From contig CBDBGZ010000002.1 of NCBI GenBank assembly GCA_965205425.1, positions 1-55,019 of the forward strand: a DNA stretch of 55,019 nucleotides, read 5' to 3'. The stretch is from Nitrosopumilus sp. (GTDB lineage: Archaea > Thermoproteota > Nitrososphaeria > Nitrososphaerales > Nitrosopumilaceae). The position numbers were made by a program, and so were the translations under genes. The notes beneath the pieces were generated by a model that saw nothing but the letters and a program-made list of their open reading frames with translations, did not search any database and had not been told where the DNA came from. The number at the start of each line of letters is the position of its first letter. Positions within the stretch are counted from its first letter, which is position 1. Below, piece after piece: positions 19,664 to 29,675 of this stretch.

Positions 19664-21069
19664 CAGATTCCAATTTGTTTTTTAAGCAAGTCTAATGTCA
19701 AAGCTGGATCTGCCTTACCTTTTGTTTTTTGCATTACCTTGCCAACTAAATAATTAATTGTTTGTGGATTTGATTTTGCTTGCTCAACAGCTTGTGATTC
19801 TTCTGAAATCACTTGTGTTATAATATCAGATAATTCAGATTCATCAGAAACATTTCCAAGATCTAATTCTTTAATTACCGTAGACAAATCTTTTCCTGTT
19901 TTTAATATTTCATGTAATGCATTTTTAGATGAATTTCTAGCAATTTTTCCAGATTGAATTGAATCAGCTAGTTCTTTTAAATGAGTTGAAGTAAATTTTG
20001 AGGCTTCTCGTTTTTCTCGGGTATCAACCAAACCCATAAGATCAGTAGTAATTATGTTTGCCACTTCTTTTGCATTAGATTCAGTGTGAGATTCTTCAAA
20101 CAAATCAGAATAATATTTGTCTGAAGATAGTACATCAGCAACTTGTGCAGGTATGCCATATTTTGAAACATATCGTTCTTTTTTAGAACTAATACTTTCA
20201 GGCATTTCAAATTGTAATTTTGTATGAATTTCAGGATCCATCTTAATCCAAGGAATATCTCCTTCTAAGAAATAGCGATAGTCAAGTTCTTCTTCTTTAG
20301 AACGTGATGAAACAGTAATTTTTCGTTTATCATCCCAATGACGAGTTTCTTGGATTATTTCTATATCTCTTGAATGTAAACTCTCTTGTCTTGTAATTTC
20401 AAAATGAGTTGCTTTTTCTAAATCATGAAAAGAACCGATATTTTTTATTTCAACTTTCTTTCCACCTTCAATTGAAACATTTGCATCAGCTCTCATTGCG
20501 CCTTCTAAACTAGGATCTGCAACGCCAAGATTAGTAAGAATGTCTGACAAAATATTTAGAAAATCTCTTACTTCTTTAGGAGTTTCAAAATCAGGTTCTG
20601 TAACAATTTCTACTAAGGGTGTACCTGCACGATTGTAATCTACTAGTGTAATTTGATTTTTAGAGGAACTTCCTTCATAAATTAGACGCCCAGGATCTTC
20701 TTCAAGTTGAATTCTAGTAATTCTAATTTTTTTGTCCCCAACCATAATAGAACCAGTTCCCCCAACGCTTGTATCACCATAAATATTCAATTGGGTAATT
20801 TGGAAATTTTTTGGAGAATCAGGATAAAAATAATTTTTTCTAAAAAATGCAATTTTTTCAGGAGTTGAACAATTTAATGCCATTGCAATTATTGTTGCTT
20901 TTTTTACTGCTTCTTGGTTTAATCTAGGTAAACTTCCGGGCAATCCCATACAAACAGGACATATGTTTTCATTAATTTCAAATTCTCTATAATTTGCCTT
21001 ACATGAACAAAACAATTTACTATTCAAATTAGTTAATTGACAATGAATTTCCAAACCAATCATGGTCAT
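19663..21069 (-). CDS. gatB: Asp/Glu-tRNA amidotransferase subunit B
   Basis: IGLEIHCQL, RKNYFYPD and DYNRAGTPLVEIVTEPD motifs. Confidence 0.98.
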   Translation of the reverse strand: MTMIGLEIHCQLTNLNSKLFCSCKANYREFEINENICPVCMGLPGSLPRLNQEAVKKATIIAMALNCSTPEKIAFFRKNYFYPDSPKNFQITQLNIYGDTSVGGTGSIMVGDKKIRITRIQLEEDPGRLIYEGSSSKNQITLVDYNRAGTPLVEIVTEPDFETPKEVRDFLNILSDILTNLGVADPSLEGAMRADANVSIEGGKKVEIKNIGSFHDLEKATHFEITRQESLHSRDIEIIQETRHWDDKRKITVSSRSKEEELDYRYFLEGDIPWIKMDPEIHTKLQFEMPESISSKKERYVSKYGIPAQVADVLSSDKYYSDLFEESHTESNAKEVANIITTDLMGLVDTREKREASKFTSTHLKELADSIQSGKIARNSSKNALHEILKTGKDLSTVIKELDLGNVSDESELSDIITQVISEESQAVEQAKSNPQTINYLVGKVMQKTKGKADPALTLDLLKKQIGI

Positions 21070-22511
21070 GGTGGAACCTCCGGCAGGTTGACAGTTTGTT
21101 CTAATGCATATGCGGCTTGTAACAATAATTTATCATCCATTGAATTAGCCATTAATTGAATACCAATAGGCAATCCATTTGAAACAGCATATGGAACTGA
21201 AATTGCAGGTTTTCCAGTAAGATTTGCAGTAACTGTGTTGATATCTACCAAAAATAAAGACACAGGATCATCAATCTTTTCTCCAATTTTAAATGGAAGA
21301 ATTGGAACTGTTGGGGCAATTAATAAATCAAATTTTTTGAATGCTTCATTGATTTCTTTTGTGAGTTTACTTTTTACTTTTAATGCTTTTAAGAAATATT
21401 TACCTGCGTGTCCTGCAGATGGAACAAACCCGCCAATAATCATTCTTCTTGTTACTTCAGGGCCAAAATTCCGTCGAGCTTTTGAAATGTAAGAATTGAA
21501 TTCGTATCCTTCAAGAGGGAAATCATAACCATATCTTAGGTTATCATATCTTGCAAGATTACTACCTGCTTCAGTTGCAGTAATTGTATAATATGCTGCA
21601 ACAGAATATTTTACCATATCAAGGGATATTTCCTCACATATTGCACCCAAGCTTTCAAGTTTAGAAATGGCATCTTTAGTTGCAGAAAGAACTTCAGGAT
21701 CAATTCCTTCGCCAATCATTTCTTTGATTATGCCTATTTTTTTACCCTCAACGCCAGATTCTATGCCTAAAAGGTAGTTTTCATTTTTGTTATCAATTGT
21801 AGTATTATCATTTGGATCAATTCCTGCAATCATGTTCAACATGAATGCTGTATCCTTTACAGTTCTAGTGAGTGGGCCAATTTGTTCAATACTGTTTGCA
21901 TATGAAATCAAACCATACCTGCTGATCAAACCATAGGTTGGTTTGTATCCAACTGTAGAACAAAAACTTGCAGGATTTCTCACAGAACCTCCAGTATCAG
22001 ACCCAAGAGATGCCACACATTCAAAAGCACTAACAGAAACAGCACTACCACCGGATGAACCTCCAGGTATACAATCAACATTCCAAGGATTTCTACTTGG
22101 CCCATATGCACTAAATTCGGTTGTTAGTCCCATGGCAAATTCATCCATGTTTGCTTTTCCAATAAATATTGCATCTTCTTGTTTTAATTTTGTAATTACT
22201 GTTGCATCATATGGAGCAACAAAATCTTCAAGCATTTTTGATGCACATGTAGTTTTAGAATCTTTAATGCACATATTGTCTTTAATAGAAATAGGCATTC
22301 CAAAACAATCACCAATTTTTTCGCCAGATTTTATTTTTTTATCAATGTTTCTAGCTTGATCAATTGCTTTGTCATTTACAGATAAAAAAGCATGTAATTT
22401 TTCATCTACATTTTGAATTCTTTCAATTGTTTTTGCAACAAAATCTTCTGCAGACATATTCCCAGTTTTTACTTCTTGAATATAATCAAGAGCAGAGATT
22501 TTTAGATTCAT
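21066..22511 (-). CDS. gatA: Asp/Glu-tRNA amidotransferase subunit A
   Basis: Amidase signature GGSSGGSA and GSDTGGSVRNPA. Confidence 0.98.
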   Translation of the reverse strand: MNLKISALDYIQEVKTGNMSAEDFVAKTIERIQNVDEKLHAFLSVNDKAIDQARNIDKKIKSGEKIGDCFGMPISIKDNMCIKDSKTTCASKMLEDFVAPYDATVITKLKQEDAIFIGKANMDEFAMGLTTEFSAYGPSRNPWNVDCIPGGSSGGSAVSVSAFECVASLGSDTGGSVRNPASFCSTVGYKPTYGLISRYGLISYANSIEQIGPLTRTVKDTAFMLNMIAGIDPNDNTTIDNKNENYLLGIESGVEGKKIGIIKEMIGEGIDPEVLSATKDAISKLESLGAICEEISLDMVKYSVAAYYTITATEAGSNLARYDNLRYGYDFPLEGYEFNSYISKARRNFGPEVTRRMIIGGFVPSAGHAGKYFLKALKVKSKLTKEINEAFKKFDLLIAPTVPILPFKIGEKIDDPVSLFLVDINTVTANLTGKPAISVPYAVSNGLPIGIQLMANSMDDKLLLQAAYALEQTVNLPEVPP

Positions 22512-22774
22512 GAAGACATCTTTGGTGCACGAACGTATGTCCCCTTGTAGTGGTTTAGTTTTTCAATTAGTTTATCATCAAATGGAATATGTTCATCATC
22601 TCTTAGGTCAGATATTAAAATTTCAGGCATTGAAATTTCTTCAGATTCAACACCAGCAGAATCTAAAATATCAAAGTAATCTATCATGTTATGGACTTTT
22701 TCAACATATTCTTTATGGTTATCAATATCAATTTTCATTAATTTTGAAACAAGTTCAATTTCTTCTTCAGTAAC
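22508..22774 (-). CDS. gatC: Asp/Glu-tRNA amidotransferase subunit C (start approximate)
   Basis: Size, position, and LRDD...YVRAPK motif. Confidence 0.88.
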   Translation of the reverse strand, partial: VTEEEIELVSKLMKIDIDNHKEYVEKVHNMIDYFDILDSAGVESEEISMPEILISDLRDDEHIPFDDKLIEKLNHYKGTYVRAPKMSS

Positions 22775-22786
22775 CATATAATTCAC

Positions 22787-24097
22787 CTATGGAGTTAGTC
22801 TGTCCACATCTCTTGGGTAAAATGTAGTATCACGAATGTTTTCAGTACCTGTTAAGACCATAATTAGTCTCTCAAGACCAATCCCACAACCTGCGTGAGG
22901 AGGAACACCATAATCAAATGCCCCAAGATGATATTCAAAGGCATCAGTTTTCATTCCTTTATTTTTCATTCTCTCAGCTAATTCACCTCGTTTTTCAATT
23001 CTTGTACTACCTGAAGATAATTCTAAATCACCATACATCAAATCAAACGATTCTGAAACTTTTGGATTAGATTTACTATCTTTAACGTAGAAAGGTTTTG
23101 GTGCAAGTGGCCAATCAGTAATAAAATAAAAACCATCTAGGCCTATTTTTTTCAAATTGGAAGGATACAAGTCATCACCCCATTCAGTCTTTGCTCCAGC
23201 TTTTTGAATTTTATCTACTAATTCATCATAAGTATATCTTGGAATATGTTCAGGTATGTCTATTGTGGGAAATTCAGATGAAGGGTTATCCTTTACATAT
23301 TCATTAACAGATTGAATTGAAATTTTGATTATTTTTTCAATTCGATTCATTACATCATTATAATCAACAAATGCTTCCTCTAAATCGATAGATATCGCTT
23401 CAGCTAAATGTCGATTAGTTCTAGATGGTTCGGCTCTAAAAATAGGAGCAATCTCAAAAACTTTTTCAAAACTCATTGTTAATTGTTCTTTGTATAATTG
23501 GGGACTTTGAGCTAAGAATGCTTCTTTGTTATAGTAAAATATCGGAAATAGTGCAGCTCCACCTTCAGTTGCAGTTGCAATCATTTTAGGAGTATTAATT
23601 TCTACAAAATTTTGTTTTCCAAAATACTCTCGAATTGATTTTAAAACCAAACTTCTAGTTTTGAAAACATGTTGAAGGACATCACGTCTAAGATCAATGG
23701 GTCTTACTTCTAATCTAGTATCGATGTTTTTTACAGTTTTAACAGTAGGCTCAAAAGGAGGTACTTTTTCAACTTCTGAAAAAATTCTTAATTCAGTTGG
23801 AATTATTTCAAATCCACTAGGTGCTTTTTCAGATACTTTGACATTACCAGTAATTGCAATTGAGGAATGCGCTTTTAGTGAAGAGATTTTTTCACGTATT
23901 TCATCAGGACAATCTCCTTTTTTTGCGACAATTGAAAGATCACCGTTTTTGTCACGAATAGTACCAAAACTGATGTTTCCATGTCCTCGAATTGTCAGAA
24001 CCCAGCCCATTACAGTAACTTGAGTACCGTCCATTGTGGAGTTTATTTCATTAGAATAATGAGATCTACGTAAAGATCCTAGTTCAGTTTCAATCAT
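22787..24097 (-). CDS. aspS: Aspartyl-tRNA synthetase (archaeal, probably non-discriminating)
   Basis: LAQSPQLYK, FRAE and PPHAGCGIGLERL motifs; operon with gatCAB. Confidence 0.96.
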   Translation of the reverse strand: MIETELGSLRRSHYSNEINSTMDGTQVTVMGWVLTIRGHGNISFGTIRDKNGDLSIVAKKGDCPDEIREKISSLKAHSSIAITGNVKVSEKAPSGFEIIPTELRIFSEVEKVPPFEPTVKTVKNIDTRLEVRPIDLRRDVLQHVFKTRSLVLKSIREYFGKQNFVEINTPKMIATATEGGAALFPIFYYNKEAFLAQSPQLYKEQLTMSFEKVFEIAPIFRAEPSRTNRHLAEAISIDLEEAFVDYNDVMNRIEKIIKISIQSVNEYVKDNPSSEFPTIDIPEHIPRYTYDELVDKIQKAGAKTEWGDDLYPSNLKKIGLDGFYFITDWPLAPKPFYVKDSKSNPKVSESFDLMYGDLELSSGSTRIEKRGELAERMKNKGMKTDAFEYHLGAFDYGVPPHAGCGIGLERLIMVLTGTENIRDTTFYPRDVDRLTP

Positions 24098-24204
24098 AAT
24101 TTACTTTATTCCTGATATCATGGTGTAATTAATTTTTATATAAAATAGTGAACCTTTACCTTAATTTTCATAATGCTTATAGCCAGTTAAAATTCCAAAA
24201 AAAC

Positions 24205-24396
24205 ATGATGATATTGATGGCTCTGGTAATTGCAATGTTTGTAATTGTAGGAGTTTATGTAGGATATCACGCTTCACAACAAGTAGAAGAGGAAGGAGAA
24301 GTACACAATATCAACATAGATTTAGAAATACTTGATCAAGACTCAGGACTAATACAAATTCTTCAAAATCCAGAACTTAGAAAAGCAATACTGTAA
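24205..24396 (+). CDS. Small single-TM hypothetical protein (start uncertain)
   Basis: Hydrophobic N-terminus within track ORF 24148-24396. Confidence 0.5.
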   Translation: MMILMALVIAMFVIVGVYVGYHASQQVEEEGEVHNINIDLEILDQDSGLIQILQNPELRKAIL

Positions 24397-24437
24397 GATA
24401 GTACCAGATTAAATTATAGCAAATTATATGAATATTC

Positions 24438-24650
24438 ATGACACTTTCAGATAAAGAAAAGATCATAGCAATCATTTCAAATGGAATTGCAGTATTTTCA
24501 TTGCTACAGGAAAGAGATGAATTACCAAAAAATACAACAATGTATGATTTTGTATTAAAAGTAATTCCAGAAAATATCAAGTCAGAATTGAGTGTTGAAT
24601 TGATTGATGAAATATTCCAATATGTCACAACTGCACATAATAGTTCATAA
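24438..24650 (+). CDS. Hypothetical protein
   Basis: ORF upstream of purP. Confidence 0.7.
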   Translation: MTLSDKEKIIAIISNGIAVFSLLQERDELPKNTTMYDFVLKVIPENIKSELSVELIDEIFQYVTTAHNSS

Positions 24651-24670
24651 AGTCCATTAACATACCCAAA

Positions 24671-25702
24671 ATGTCAATGACTTCAATTGCAACTTTAGGC
24701 TCACATTGTTCTTTACAGGTTCTAAAAGGAGCAAAAGATGAAGGATTAAAAACAATTCTAGTATGTGAAAAAAAACGTGAGAAACTGTACAAAAGATTCC
24801 CATTTATCGATGAATTAATTATCGTAGATTCTTTCAAAGAAGTACTTGATCAAAAATGCCAATCAATTCTTGAAGAAAATAATGCAGTGTTAATTCCTCA
24901 CGGTACACTAGTTGCACAAATGAGTTCTGAAGAAATCGAGTCAATCAAAACTCCAGTATTTGGCAACAAATGGATTCTCAGGTGGGAGTCTGACAGAGAA
25001 ATGAAAGAGCAACTCATGAGAGAAGCAAAACTTCCAATGCCAAAACCAGTTACGGAACCAAAAGAAATTGAAAAATTAGTAATTGTGAAAAGACAAGGAG
25101 CAGCTGGAGGTAAAGGTTACTTTATGGCAGCAAATGAAGTGGATTACAATAATAAAAGAAATCAATTGATTTCAGAAGGAATTATTTCTAAAGATGAAAC
25201 TCTATACATTCAAGAATATGCCGCAGGTGTTTTAGCTTATTTGACATTTTTCTATTCTCCATTAAAAGAAGAGTTAGAATTCTTTGGAGTTGATCAAAGA
25301 CATGAATCTGACATTGAAGGATTGGGAAGAATTCCTGCAGAACAACAAATGAAATCTGACAAAGTTCCATCTTTCAATGTAATTGGAAATAGTCCGCTAG
25401 TTTTACGAGAATCATTATTAGATGAAGTATACAAAATGGGAGAAAATTTTGTAGAGGCAGCTAAAAGAGTAGTTAAACCTGGAATGAATGGTCCATTTTG
25501 TATTGAAGGAGTTTATGATGAAAATGCAAAATTCACATCTTTTGAATTTTCAGCAAGAATTGTAGCAGGTTCAAATATCTACATGGATGGTTCACCATAC
25601 TACTCACTATTATTCAATGAAACAATGAGTATGGGGAAAAGAATTGCTCGCGAAATTAAAACAGCCTCAGAATCAAATCAACTAGATAAAATTACTACGT
25701 AA
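24671..25702 (+). CDS. purP: Formate-dependent AICAR formyltransferase (ATP-grasp)
   Basis: IATLGSHCSLQ, GGKGYF and FEFSARIVAG motifs. Confidence 0.93.
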   Translation: MSMTSIATLGSHCSLQVLKGAKDEGLKTILVCEKKREKLYKRFPFIDELIIVDSFKEVLDQKCQSILEENNAVLIPHGTLVAQMSSEEIESIKTPVFGNKWILRWESDREMKEQLMREAKLPMPKPVTEPKEIEKLVIVKRQGAAGGKGYFMAANEVDYNNKRNQLISEGIISKDETLYIQEYAAGVLAYLTFFYSPLKEELEFFGVDQRHESDIEGLGRIPAEQQMKSDKVPSFNVIGNSPLVLRESLLDEVYKMGENFVEAAKRVVKPGMNGPFCIEGVYDENAKFTSFEFSARIVAGSNIYMDGSPYYSLLFNETMSMGKRIAREIKTASESNQLDKITT

Positions 25703-25713
25703 AATAGCAAATT

Positions 25714-26499
25714 CTATTTTGTGATAACTTCCATACCATGTTGAGATTTGATAATGTATTTGTCACGTATTTTTACACTAACCCAATCAATGAAAAGAAC
25801 AGTTACCAATACAACTAACATGAATATTGCTGCTTTTCCATATTCAAAGAATTTGATATAGTTGATGATATAAAATCCAATTCCACCTGCACCAACCAAT
25901 CCAAGTATACTGGTTTGACGTACATTGTAATCAAACATGTATAATATTTGGCTTAACAAGTGAGAAGCAGATTCAGGTATTACCACATATCGAATCAATT
26001 GCCATTTGGATACGCCAATAGAACCAACGGCATCCATAGGATCAGAATCGATAGTTTCTATTGCCTCATATTGTAATTTTGCAACAAATCCAACTGTATA
26101 CATAACAATTGCCAAAACACCTGCAAATGTCCCCAATCCAACCATTATTACAAATAAAATTGCCCAGAGAATAGAAGGGAATGTTCGAATTGCTGCCAAC
26201 AATGCACGAACTGGAGCATAAACATACTTGCTGTTTAGATTTCTTGCGGCAAACATACTAAGAGGTAGAGCAATTGCAGTTCCAACTACAGTTCCAATAA
26301 ATGCCATTTGAATAGTTTCAAACATTGCCCAAAGTGCAGTAGGAATATACTTTGGTTCAACAAGTAACATTTCCTCCACAACAATAGCAAGATTTGGTAA
26401 ACCTTCAGCAAATTCCAATGGATTTGCATCTACATTATAAGACGCAACTACTACAAGTGCAACAATAATTCCAATTACAATATTATTTTTTGGAGTCAT
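25714..26499 (-). CDS. phnE: Phosphonate/phosphite ABC transporter permease
   Basis: TM helices; NVRQTSILGLVGAGGIG. Confidence 0.93.
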   Translation of the reverse strand: MTPKNNIVIGIIVALVVVASYNVDANPLEFAEGLPNLAIVVEEMLLVEPKYIPTALWAMFETIQMAFIGTVVGTAIALPLSMFAARNLNSKYVYAPVRALLAAIRTFPSILWAILFVIMVGLGTFAGVLAIVMYTVGFVAKLQYEAIETIDSDPMDAVGSIGVSKWQLIRYVVIPESASHLLSQILYMFDYNVRQTSILGLVGAGGIGFYIINYIKFFEYGKAAIFMLVVLVTVLFIDWVSVKIRDKYIIKSQHGMEVITK

Positions 26500-27313
26500 C
26501 AGAATACATCCTCATGATTTCTTCAGTGTTCATGTCACCGGTTTGAAAATCAACTATAGTGTCACCCTCAACTCCAATTTCAAGTATTTTGTGACCTTCT
26601 TTAATTACTGCAACTCTATTTGCGTATTCTAAGGCTAATTGCATGTCATGATGTACCATAATTGCAGTCAAATTCATTCTTTTTTGAGCATCTGCAATCA
26701 AATTCATTATTTCACGTGCAGTAACATGATCTAATTCTGAAACAATCTCATCAGCTAATAAAATTGTAGGTTTTTGCATTAATGCCCTAGCAATTGCAAC
26801 TCTACGTTTTTCACCACCACTTAACATGTAGGCCTTTCTATCTTCTTTTCCAGTTAAACCAACAAGAGACATTATTCTTTTAGCTTCTTTAATTTCAGGT
26901 TCAGGGAATTTTTTTAATAATGATTGAATTTTATTCAATCTAGGCAAAGCGCCAATCAAAATATTTTCTAACACTGTAACATTTTTTATCAATCCAAGAC
27001 TTTGTGGAATGTAACCAATACTATGCATCATTTTTTTAAATTTTTTGTTATTCATATTAGGAGTAACATAATCAATTTTGATAGTTCCTTTGCTAGGAAT
27101 CATCATCCCGTTCATTAATTTTAATAAAGTAGATTTTCCAGAACCAGATTGACCTACAATTGCATAATTAGTTCCCCTATCAATAGATAGATTGATTCCA
27201 TCTAGTGCAAAATTTTTAGAATCATATGATGTCCATACGTCACTCATCTGAATAATTTTGTTTGTAGAAATTAATGAAAAAGAAGGGTTTTGGGTCATCT
27301 GAATTTGTTTCAT
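26483..27313 (-). CDS. phnC: Phosphonate/phosphite ABC transporter ATPase
   Basis: GQSGSGKST, LSGGEKRRVAIARAL and LADE motifs. Confidence 0.92.
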   Translation of the reverse strand: MKQIQMTQNPSFSLISTNKIIQMSDVWTSYDSKNFALDGINLSIDRGTNYAIVGQSGSGKSTLLKLMNGMMIPSKGTIKIDYVTPNMNNKKFKKMMHSIGYIPQSLGLIKNVTVLENILIGALPRLNKIQSLLKKFPEPEIKEAKRIMSLVGLTGKEDRKAYMLSGGEKRRVAIARALMQKPTILLADEIVSELDHVTAREIMNLIADAQKRMNLTAIMVHHDMQLALEYANRVAVIKEGHKILEIGVEGDTIVDFQTGDMNTEEIMRMYSDDSKK

Positions 27314-27330
27314 TTCAAGAATCCCGGGTT

Positions 27331-28425
27331 TTATTTGCTCTTGTTATATTTATCAAGAATTAATTGATCAAGTCCGGTTAAAGCATCAATAAAGTCTCCA
27401 AATTCACCAATGTGCATGGTAGTTGTAGTTGGGACTAGTGCTTCTGCACCATACAAGTCGGCCAAAATATGATTATTTTCATCATAGTTGAGTTCAACTA
27501 GTGCATCAACAAGTGCATTTTTGGTAGATTCTGACATGTCAGCACTTACCATAAACACATGTGATGGTACAGGTCCAATTGTGGTAACTGGACGGAGTTT
27601 TACTTGATCTTCTAATTCAAGATATTTTTGTGGAGCAATATCTGAACCAAATGCAACATCTACATTCTCATTTAGAAGCAATTGTAATGCAGCCTTGTAT
27701 CCACCTGCAAAAGTATAACTTTCAAAGCTATTTGCCAATGCAGATTCCAAAGCAACAATATCATCACCTTCAATGGTAACATGACCTTCAGTAACTAAAG
27801 TTCCCATAGGTCTAACAAAACCAGATGAACCAGTAATGCTAGTAAATGCTACTTTTTTGCCAACTGTATCTTCCAATGAATTAATAGAATCATTTTCAGC
27901 TAATGTCCAAACGGTTGCTTGATAATTTATCTTACCTTTGACAAGTTCTGCCATTACAGCTTCTGCACCAGTTCGTTGGTGAGTAATCCATGCAGGACCA
28001 GTATCCATAAAAGCAGCATCAATGTGACCAAATCTCATTCCTTCGATAATAGTCTCATAATTTGTTGGGACAACAATTTCAACATCTACACCAAGTTCCG
28101 ATTCAAGAAATGTTTCTAATGCTTGAGCTTTAGGAGTTAGTTCATCAGCTTTTTCAACTGGAATAAATCCAATGGTAAGAGTATCGACATCTACAGTGTT
28201 AGATTCAGATGAAACATTGATGACGCCATTTTCTAACAAGAATGTAATTCCATTTAGAAAAGTTTCGTCATCCAAAGTACCATCAGCCCACCAGCCAGCA
28301 TTTGTTTTAATCCAATCCGGGACCAAACTTTCAGCTTGAGCAGTTTGAGATAATGGTACAGACAATACACCAATTGCAAATACAGCAATCAATGAGAATG
28401 TAATTTCTCGTTTCATGATTAACAA
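27331..28425 (-). CDS. phnD: Phosphonate/phosphite ABC substrate-binding protein
   Basis: PhnD-type motifs (NYETIIEGM, TGSSGF); N-terminal VPDWIKTNAGWWADG thaumarchaeal motif. Confidence 0.9.
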   Translation of the reverse strand: MLIMKREITFSLIAVFAIGVLSVPLSQTAQAESLVPDWIKTNAGWWADGTLDDETFLNGITFLLENGVINVSSESNTVDVDTLTIGFIPVEKADELTPKAQALETFLESELGVDVEIVVPTNYETIIEGMRFGHIDAAFMDTGPAWITHQRTGAEAVMAELVKGKINYQATVWTLAENDSINSLEDTVGKKVAFTSITGSSGFVRPMGTLVTEGHVTIEGDDIVALESALANSFESYTFAGGYKAALQLLLNENVDVAFGSDIAPQKYLELEDQVKLRPVTTIGPVPSHVFMVSADMSESTKNALVDALVELNYDENNHILADLYGAEALVPTTTTMHIGEFGDFIDALTGLDQLILDKYNKSK

Positions 28426-28484
28426 AAAATTAGGTTCAGCTAAATTATTTAAATCATGGTTTCATTCCAAATTATCATTCCAAG

Positions 28485-28500
28485 TCTATAGAATGAGAAT
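28485..28500. promoter_or_regulatory. Candidate operator upstream of phnD
   Basis: TCTATAGAATGAGAAT; the exact reverse complement occurs at 29650-29665. Confidence 0.55.
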
Positions 28501-28504
28501 AATA

Positions 28505-28666
28505 TCACTCAATAGGCTTTATTGATACAATATCATCAGGGGTACCAAAATATCGTTTTTCGTGACAACTTTCACAAACTAACCATTCAGGTTCATAAAC
28601 ACTCCCTTTAGCACCCTTGTAAATTATTTTGAATGTAGGAGTATGGACTTCACTGCATATGTTCAT
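28505..28666 (-). CDS. 53-aa microprotein with CxxxH / CxxCH
   Basis: Manual translation MNICSEVHTPTFKIIYKGAKGSVYEPEWLVCESCHEKRYFGTPDDIVSIKPIE. Confidence 0.6.
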   Translation of the reverse strand: MNICSEVHTPTFKIIYKGAKGSVYEPEWLVCESCHEKRYFGTPDDIVSIKPIE

Positions 28667-28709
28667 TTTACAATCATAAGAAATCAGGAATTTTTACTAT
28701 ATAATACAA

Positions 28710-28851
28710 TAGACCTCTTGCGTAATTATAGAGATTTTTTCTCAAATTTTGTATTTTAACAGAATTCATACCTGAAAATTCAAATTTCTCAACCAATTTG
28801 AAAAATCCTGCAGCAAAATTCACGCCTAGAAATAATTACGCAAGACGTCTA
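28710..28851. mobile_element. MITE family B
   Basis: 20-bp inverted repeat TAGACCTCTTGCGTAATTAT / ATAATTACGCAAGACGTCTA (1 mismatch); flanks fit a TA or AAT duplication; non-coding. Confidence 0.85.
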
Positions 28852-28911
28852 ATCATGAAAATCTCAAAAATGGAATTTTATGAAAGTTGTAATTATTTTT
28901 TTGTACAAATA

Positions 28912-29274
28912 TTATGAATTAGATTTTGGGTTTACTGTATTTGAATACAGATTCAAACTAGGCTCCAAGTTATCCAAGGTGATTTCAACCTTGCCAATTC
29001 TACTCCGATATAATTTAATTTTTTTACCCTCAGCAGAAATAACATATTTGTCCACTTCAGCAAGGGCAAGATCTTCTAATGTAGACAAAGTTTTGTAAAC
29101 AGTTGAAAGAGATATTTTTAATTCATCTGCAATTTGCGTGGCATCTTTTGATTCATTTTTTACTGAAAATAAAACTGAACGTGTACACACATTACTAAGA
29201 GATTCAATAATTTTTTGTGTAATGTCAAACTCTGAAAGCTGGATTATTGTTGGGGATTTTTGCAAAAATATCAC
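28912..29274 (-). CDS. Winged-HTH transcriptional regulator (ArsR-like)
   Basis: ATQIADELKISLSTVYKTL. Confidence 0.85.
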   Translation of the reverse strand: MIFLQKSPTIIQLSEFDITQKIIESLSNVCTRSVLFSVKNESKDATQIADELKISLSTVYKTLSTLEDLALAEVDKYVISAEGKKIKLYRSRIGKVEITLDNLEPSLNLYSNTVNPKSNS

Positions 29275-29604
29275 TTAATTTGGTATTAATGTAAGTACAG
29301 GTTCAGGTTTTCTAATAGATATATCGGCTTTACTGATTCGGCTTCGATAAACCTTGTATTTTCGTCCTTTATCAGATAGCATCCATTTTTCAACTTCAAT
29401 TAAGGTTAATTCTTCAAGATCTGTTAATTTTTTGTATACTGAACTAAGAGGGATTTTGAGTTTGTTTGAAAGTTCAGCTGCAGTATTCCCTTTTTTAATT
29501 ATGGAAAATAAAATTGCTCTAGATTCTGAATCAGCTAATACTTCTATTACTTTTTGAGTGATATCATATTTTTTTAATTGTGGTAATGTTAATTTTCGAG
29601 ACAT
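29275..29604 (-). CDS. Winged-HTH transcriptional regulator (paralog of the neighbouring gene)
   Basis: AAELSNKLKIPLSSVYKKL; shares DITQK and YRSRI with 28912-29274. Confidence 0.87.
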   Translation of the reverse strand: MSRKLTLPQLKKYDITQKVIEVLADSESRAILFSIIKKGNTAAELSNKLKIPLSSVYKKLTDLEELTLIEVEKWMLSDKGRKYKVYRSRISKADISIRKPEPVLTLIPN

Positions 29605-29649
29605 GTAAATACAAAAAATATTGTACGTATATTTAAACGAGATGCAATA

Positions 29650-29665
29650 ATTCTCATTCTATAGA
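29650..29665. promoter_or_regulatory. Candidate operator upstream of the regulator pair
   Basis: ATTCTCATTCTATAGA, the reverse complement of 28485-28500. Confidence 0.55.
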
Positions 29666-29675
29666 TTCAGAATTA

